NCBI RefSeq assembly: GCF_000039765.1
Contig: NC_004459.3
Coordinates: forward strand, 1,230,001-1,262,000
Direction of reading: 5' to 3'
DNA from: Vibrio vulnificus CMCP6
Lineage (GTDB): Bacteria; Pseudomonadota; Gammaproteobacteria; Enterobacterales; Vibrionaceae
DNA length: 32,000 nucleotides
Position 1 is the first letter of the stretch, and each line of letters begins with the position of its first letter. The position numbers were made by a program, and so were the translations under genes. Below are positions 28,638 to 32,000 of this stretch, one piece after another. A model generated the notes under the pieces. The model made no database searches and was not told the origin of the DNA. It saw nothing but the letters and a program-made list of their open reading frames with translations.

Positions 28638-29963
28638 TTGCAATTAACTACAGCCCTAACACTCGCCAATCGTTATGCCCCCAATACTGAACAACTTGGA
28701 AAACTCAGTGACATTCTTTGCCCTGATTTCATCAACCAATGCTTAGAAGCTTCTGGTGTGGCCACTATTCGTAAACGTCGTATCCCTCTCGACATGGCCG
28801 TTTGGGCGGTCGTTGCTATGTCGCTTTACCGACAAGAGCCTTTGTGGTCAATTGTCTCCAAAGCGCAATTAATGTTGCCCGGGAAGCGAAGTCTGGTTGC
28901 CCCTAGTGCTATCGTTCAAGCGAGACAACGGCTCGGGGCTGATGCAATGAAAGAAGTATTTCATCAAAGCCAGAGCTTATGGAATGAAACAGCTGACCAT
29001 CCGACTTGGTGTGGATTAAAACTCCTCGCTGTCGATGGCGTGGTATGGCGAACGCCAGACACTAAGGAAAACCGTGATGCGTTTCAATCTGCGTCAAATC
29101 AGAATGGTGAAGGTAGCTTTCCTCAGGTGCGTATGGTTTGCCAGATGGAGTTGACCAGTCACATGCTGGTCGCCAGTGCTTTCGCGAGTTACAAAACCAA
29201 TGAGATGATATTGGCGGAACAGTTGATTGAAACAACACCAGACTACAGCCTCACAATGTTTGACAGAGGTTTTTACTCTCTTAGCCTTCTTCATCGTTGG
29301 GCAAATACAGGTAATGAAAGGCATTGGCTAATGCCAATGCGCAAGAATACTCAATTTACTGAAGTTAGAAAGCTGGGTCGCAATGATCGGATTGTCGAAC
29401 TCAAGACAACGCCTCAAGCGAGAAAGAAGTCCCTGTCACTACCTGAAACCATCGAAGTTCGCCTGATAAAGAAAACTATCAAAGGGAAAGAAGTGAGTAT
29501 CTTGACCTCGATGACTGATCATCGTCGTTATCCGCCAGCGGAAATAGCAGAGCTTTACAGTCATAGATGGGAAATCGAAGTGGGATATCGTGAAATGAAG
29601 TCTTCACTTCTGAACAACGAGTTCACACTGAGAAGTAAGAAGCCAGAGATGGTAAAACAAGAACTATGGGGCTTATTGCTTAGCTATAACATTATTAGAT
29701 ATCAGATGGTTAACATGGCTAAAGCTGTGCCTGGCATCTACCCCAACCAACTGAGCTTCACAACGTGTGCTCACTCTATCATTCACGTAATTTTGGGGTT
29801 CTGGTTGGAGTCAGCGGGAACAATCCCTAAGCGCATTACTCACTTGCAAGAAGAGGCGATACACCATGTTTTGTCCATTAAACGAGAAGAGCGGATATAT
29901 CCGAGAGCAATAAAACCAAAGGCAAAGAAATACCCCAATAAAAAAGCCAGTCAGCTTAACTGA
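28638..29963 (+). CDS. IS4-family DDE transposase
   Basis: A 441-aa ORF with a TTG start; an in-frame stop lies 21 nt upstream and there is no ATG until well inside the ORF. It carries an exact Y-x2-R-x3-E-x6-K signature ([15 protein letters not shown]). It is collinear with my recollection of IS4 InsG ([31 protein letters not shown]). The stop codon lies inside the right inverted repeat. Confidence 0.93.
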   Translation: MQLTTALTLANRYAPNTEQLGKLSDILCPDFINQCLEASGVATIRKRRIPLDMAVWAVVAMSLYRQEPLWSIVSKAQLMLPGKRSLVAPSAIVQARQRLGADAMKEVFHQSQSLWNETADHPTWCGLKLLAVDGVVWRTPDTKENRDAFQSASNQNGEGSFPQVRMVCQMELTSHMLVASAFASYKTNEMILAEQLIETTPDYSLTMFDRGFYSLSLLHRWANTGNERHWLMPMRKNTQFTEVRKLGRNDRIVELKTTPQARKKSLSLPETIEVRLIKKTIKGKEVSILTSMTDHRRYPPAEIAELYSHRWEIEVGYREMKSSLLNNEFTLRSKKPEMVKQELWGLLLSYNIIRYQMVNMAKAVPGIYPNQLSFTTCAHSIIHVILGFWLESAGTIPKRITHLQEEAIHHVLSIKREERIYPRAIKPKAKKYPNKKASQLN

Positions 29964-29972
29964 CTGGCATTA
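29955..29972 (-). repeat. IS right terminal inverted repeat
   Basis: It is the reverse complement of the left IR (16/18) and contains the transposase stop codon TGA at 29961..29963. Confidence 0.9.
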
Positions 29973-29982
29973 AGCCTTGGCT
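29973..29982. repeat. target-site duplication, right copy (AGCCTTGGCT)
   Basis: Identical 10-mer directly abutting both IS ends. Confidence 0.88.
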
Positions 29983-30016
29983 CCCATTTTTGTTGGCAAG
30001 GATTGAGGTTCACACC

Positions 30017-31180
30017 TCAACGGACCAGCCAGTTACGCGGGTTTTGCGCTTCACTATTGCGGCGAATTTCGAAGTAAAGTGAAGCTCGATCTTGCCCGCC
30101 CGTGTCGCCAGCAAGGGCGATCACTTCGCCAGCGGTGACTTTGTCGCCTTCTTTTTTCAACAAAGCCTGGTTGTAGCCATACAAGGTCATGTCGCCTTTG
30201 CCGTGGTCTATCAACACCACGAGGCCATAGCCTCTTAAATACTCAGCAAATACCACCGTACCAGGGTAAACCGACTTGACTTGTTCACCATAGCGAGCTG
30301 CGATAACAATGCCTTTCCAGTTGATTTGTCCCGTCTGTTTGGTTCCGAATTGGTGCAGTATTGAGCCTTTTAATGGCCAAGGGAGCTTCCCGGCTTGTTT
30401 GGCCAAACCGTCCATAGGAATGGCATTGCGTTTAGCCGCTTTAGCAATTTCTGCTTTCAGACGAGTTTCATTACGCTGCAGCTCTGCGAGGTAGTTTTTG
30501 TCGCTGGAAATACTTTGTTTGATGTTACCGAGTGTCTTTTTACGCTGGCCTTGAGTTTTCGCCAGTTGTTCGTGTTTCGTCGATTGTTGCTTGAGTAAAG
30601 ATTCGATCTGACTTTGCTCATTCAGCAACTGCTGCTGACTTTGTTCAAGTTGTTTCTTGGTGGATTCTAACTCGTTGATGGTTTCCGCTCTCGCTTTGGC
30701 GAGATGCTGGAAATATTGGCTAATGCGATCTTCTTCGACGCCCTGTTGCAGTAATGAGGCAGAGGCATTGGCTCTTTGGGTGACATAGTAGGTCTGGATG
30801 AGGGTTTCTAAGCGTTCAGTTTGCGCTTTCTTTTGGCCTTCAAGTTCATCCATTTTGCGTTGCAACTGCCCCACATTCGCTTTTGCCGTGGCCAACGCTT
30901 GCTTAGTTTGCTTAATCTCTTTCTCTAATTGCGCGATGCTTGTCTCTTGGCTGCGCAGCGATTTTTGCAACTCGTCGAGCTGCTTCTCTTGATTCGATAA
31001 GGCTTTTTGCTGGCGAGAAATTTCATTTTTGACCCCTTGTAGCTCACTTGGACTCGCCCCATTGGTCGGGAAGCTCAGAACAGTAAGAAGAACGCAGGTG
31101 GAAAGGAAAAAAAAGCCTGATTTGTTGGTTTTCTGTTTTGCCACGTACGTTCTTTCCTGAGCTATCAATGAAATAAGCAT
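30017..31180 (-). CDS. envC: murein hydrolase activator EnvC (coiled coil + degenerate LytM/M23 domain)
   Basis: The product has a signal peptide, a long Q/E/K-rich coiled coil, and a C-terminal LytM domain (GYGLVVLIDHGKGDMTLYGYN...ASLYFEIRRNSEAQNPRNWL). It is collinear with the E. coli EnvC C-terminus as I recall it and lacks the HxH metal site. The start is either ATG 31180 or GTG 31144; the latter has AGGAAAG 7 nt upstream. Confidence 0.88.
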   Translation of the reverse strand: MLISLIAQERTYVAKQKTNKSGFFFLSTCVLLTVLSFPTNGASPSELQGVKNEISRQQKALSNQEKQLDELQKSLRSQETSIAQLEKEIKQTKQALATAKANVGQLQRKMDELEGQKKAQTERLETLIQTYYVTQRANASASLLQQGVEEDRISQYFQHLAKARAETINELESTKKQLEQSQQQLLNEQSQIESLLKQQSTKHEQLAKTQGQRKKTLGNIKQSISSDKNYLAELQRNETRLKAEIAKAAKRNAIPMDGLAKQAGKLPWPLKGSILHQFGTKQTGQINWKGIVIAARYGEQVKSVYPGTVVFAEYLRGYGLVVLIDHGKGDMTLYGYNQALLKKEGDKVTAGEVIALAGDTGGQDRASLYFEIRRNSEAQNPRNWLVR

Positions 31181-31200
31181 TGCGCTTGTTAGGCGCGCTG

Positions 31201-32000
31201 TTAGATGCCGTCACCGTCAATGAAGTTAGGGTATTTCCCGTTAAAGCCTTGATCCATATCGAGAGAAGGCTTGTCGGATTGCGGTCTCCCTACAATTCGT
31301 GCGGGTACACCAGCGACGGTAGTATGCGGTGGAACGGGTTGAAGTACAACGGAGCAGGAGCCAATTTTTGCACCTTCTCCAACTTCGATATTGCCAAGGA
31401 TTTTTGCCCCAGCTCCGATCATCACCCCTTCGCGGATCTTAGGATGTCGGTCGCCGCACTCTTTACCAGTACCACCTAACGTCACGTCTTGCAGGATGGA
31501 TACATCATTTTCGACGACAGCGGTTTCCCCGATCACGATACCTGTTGCGTGATCCAGCATGATGCCTTTGCCGATACGAGCCGCAGGGTGAATATCCACT
31601 TGGCATGCCACCGAGATTTGATTTTGCAGATAGGTCGCCAGCGCGTAGCGGCCTTGTTTCCACAACCAATTTGCCACGCGATAGCCTTGCAAGGCATGGT
31701 AACCCTTTAGGTAAAGCAGTGGGATAGAATACATAGAAACAGCCGGGTCACGATTCACCGTCGCACAGATATCGCAGGCGGCAGAATCGGTGATGTTAGG
31801 GTCAGCCGCAAAGGCTTCTTCAACCACTTCACGCACTGCCATCGCCGGCATGGAGGCTGTGTTCAGCTTATTGGCTAAAATGTAGCTCAACGCAGCACAC
31901 AAGCTTTCATGCTTGATGATGGTGGCGTGATAAAAACTGGCAAGCATCGGCTCTTGCTCCGATAGCTCACGGGCTTCTTTGACAATGCTCTGCCAGACTT
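31201..32000 (-). CDS. cysE: serine O-acetyltransferase (5' end beyond window)
   Basis: The reading frame stays open to the window edge (..VWQSIVKEARELSEQEPMLASFYHATIIKH..). It aligns with E. coli CysE from about residue 9, so the true start lies outside the window and the track ATG at 31947 is internal. It has the hexapeptide-repeat C-terminus and GVPARIVG. Confidence 0.93.
   Translation of the reverse strand, partial: VWQSIVKEARELSEQEPMLASFYHATIIKHESLCAALSYILANKLNTASMPAMAVREVVEEAFAADPNITDSAACDICATVNRDPAVSMYSIPLLYLKGYHALQGYRVANWLWKQGRYALATYLQNQISVACQVDIHPAARIGKGIMLDHATGIVIGETAVVENDVSILQDVTLGGTGKECGDRHPKIREGVMIGAGAKILGNIEVGEGAKIGSCSVVLQPVPPHTTVAGVPARIVGRPQSDKPSLDMDQGFNGKYPNFIDGDGI

Larger units (their letters stand above)
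28545..29972 (+). mobile_element. IS4-family insertion sequence (IS4 subgroup), 1,428 bp, apparently intact
   Basis: It has 18-bp terminal inverted repeats (16/18 identical), a single transposase ORF, flanking 10-bp perfect direct repeats, and a length close to E. coli IS4 (about 1.43 kb, from memory). Confidence 0.92.

Overview
The window reads as conserved large-chromosome core of a Vibrio, probably V. cholerae-like. That assignment is an inference from protein sequences, gene order and mid-40s %GC, not a database result. I support 31 protein genes and see no rRNA, tRNA or CRISPR array. Gene order: orphan LuxR-type response regulator, dsbD, dcuA-aspA, fxsA, trmL, sodA, cpxA-cpxR divergent from cpxP, fieF, pfkA, a MATE exporter, groES-groEL, a secreted Gly/Asn/Val-repeat protein, an MgtC/SapB-like membrane protein, epmB divergent from efp, a solitary SPFH/flotillin-like protein, frdABCD, epmA, a VanZ-like protein, a TetR regulator, a DHH/DHHA1 phosphoesterase, an IS4-family insertion sequence, envC, and cysE (5' end runs off the window). 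The order looks like several E. coli syntenic blocks joined together (dsbD-dcuA-aspA-fxsA, sodA-cpxARP-fieF-pfkA, groSL-epmB-efp-frd-epmA, trmL/cysE/envC); this is from memory. The only clear mobile DNA is a 1,428-bp IS4-like element with 18-bp inverted repeats and a 10-bp target duplication. It sits exactly in the loop of a bidirectional terminator. I do not see a convincing multi-gene novel system: there are no defence-island, toxin, secretion or phage hallmarks. The findings are therefore modest. They are the IS/terminator event, an inverted-repeat motif shared by the aspA and dcuA 5' regions, a candidate leader or sRNA upstream of pfkA, an SD-occluding hairpin plus Fur box at sodA, regulatory palindromes, and a few uncharacterised genes (repeat protein, SPFH, VanZ-TetR-DHH). 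Start codons were refined by eye from the ORF track and remain uncertain where noted.
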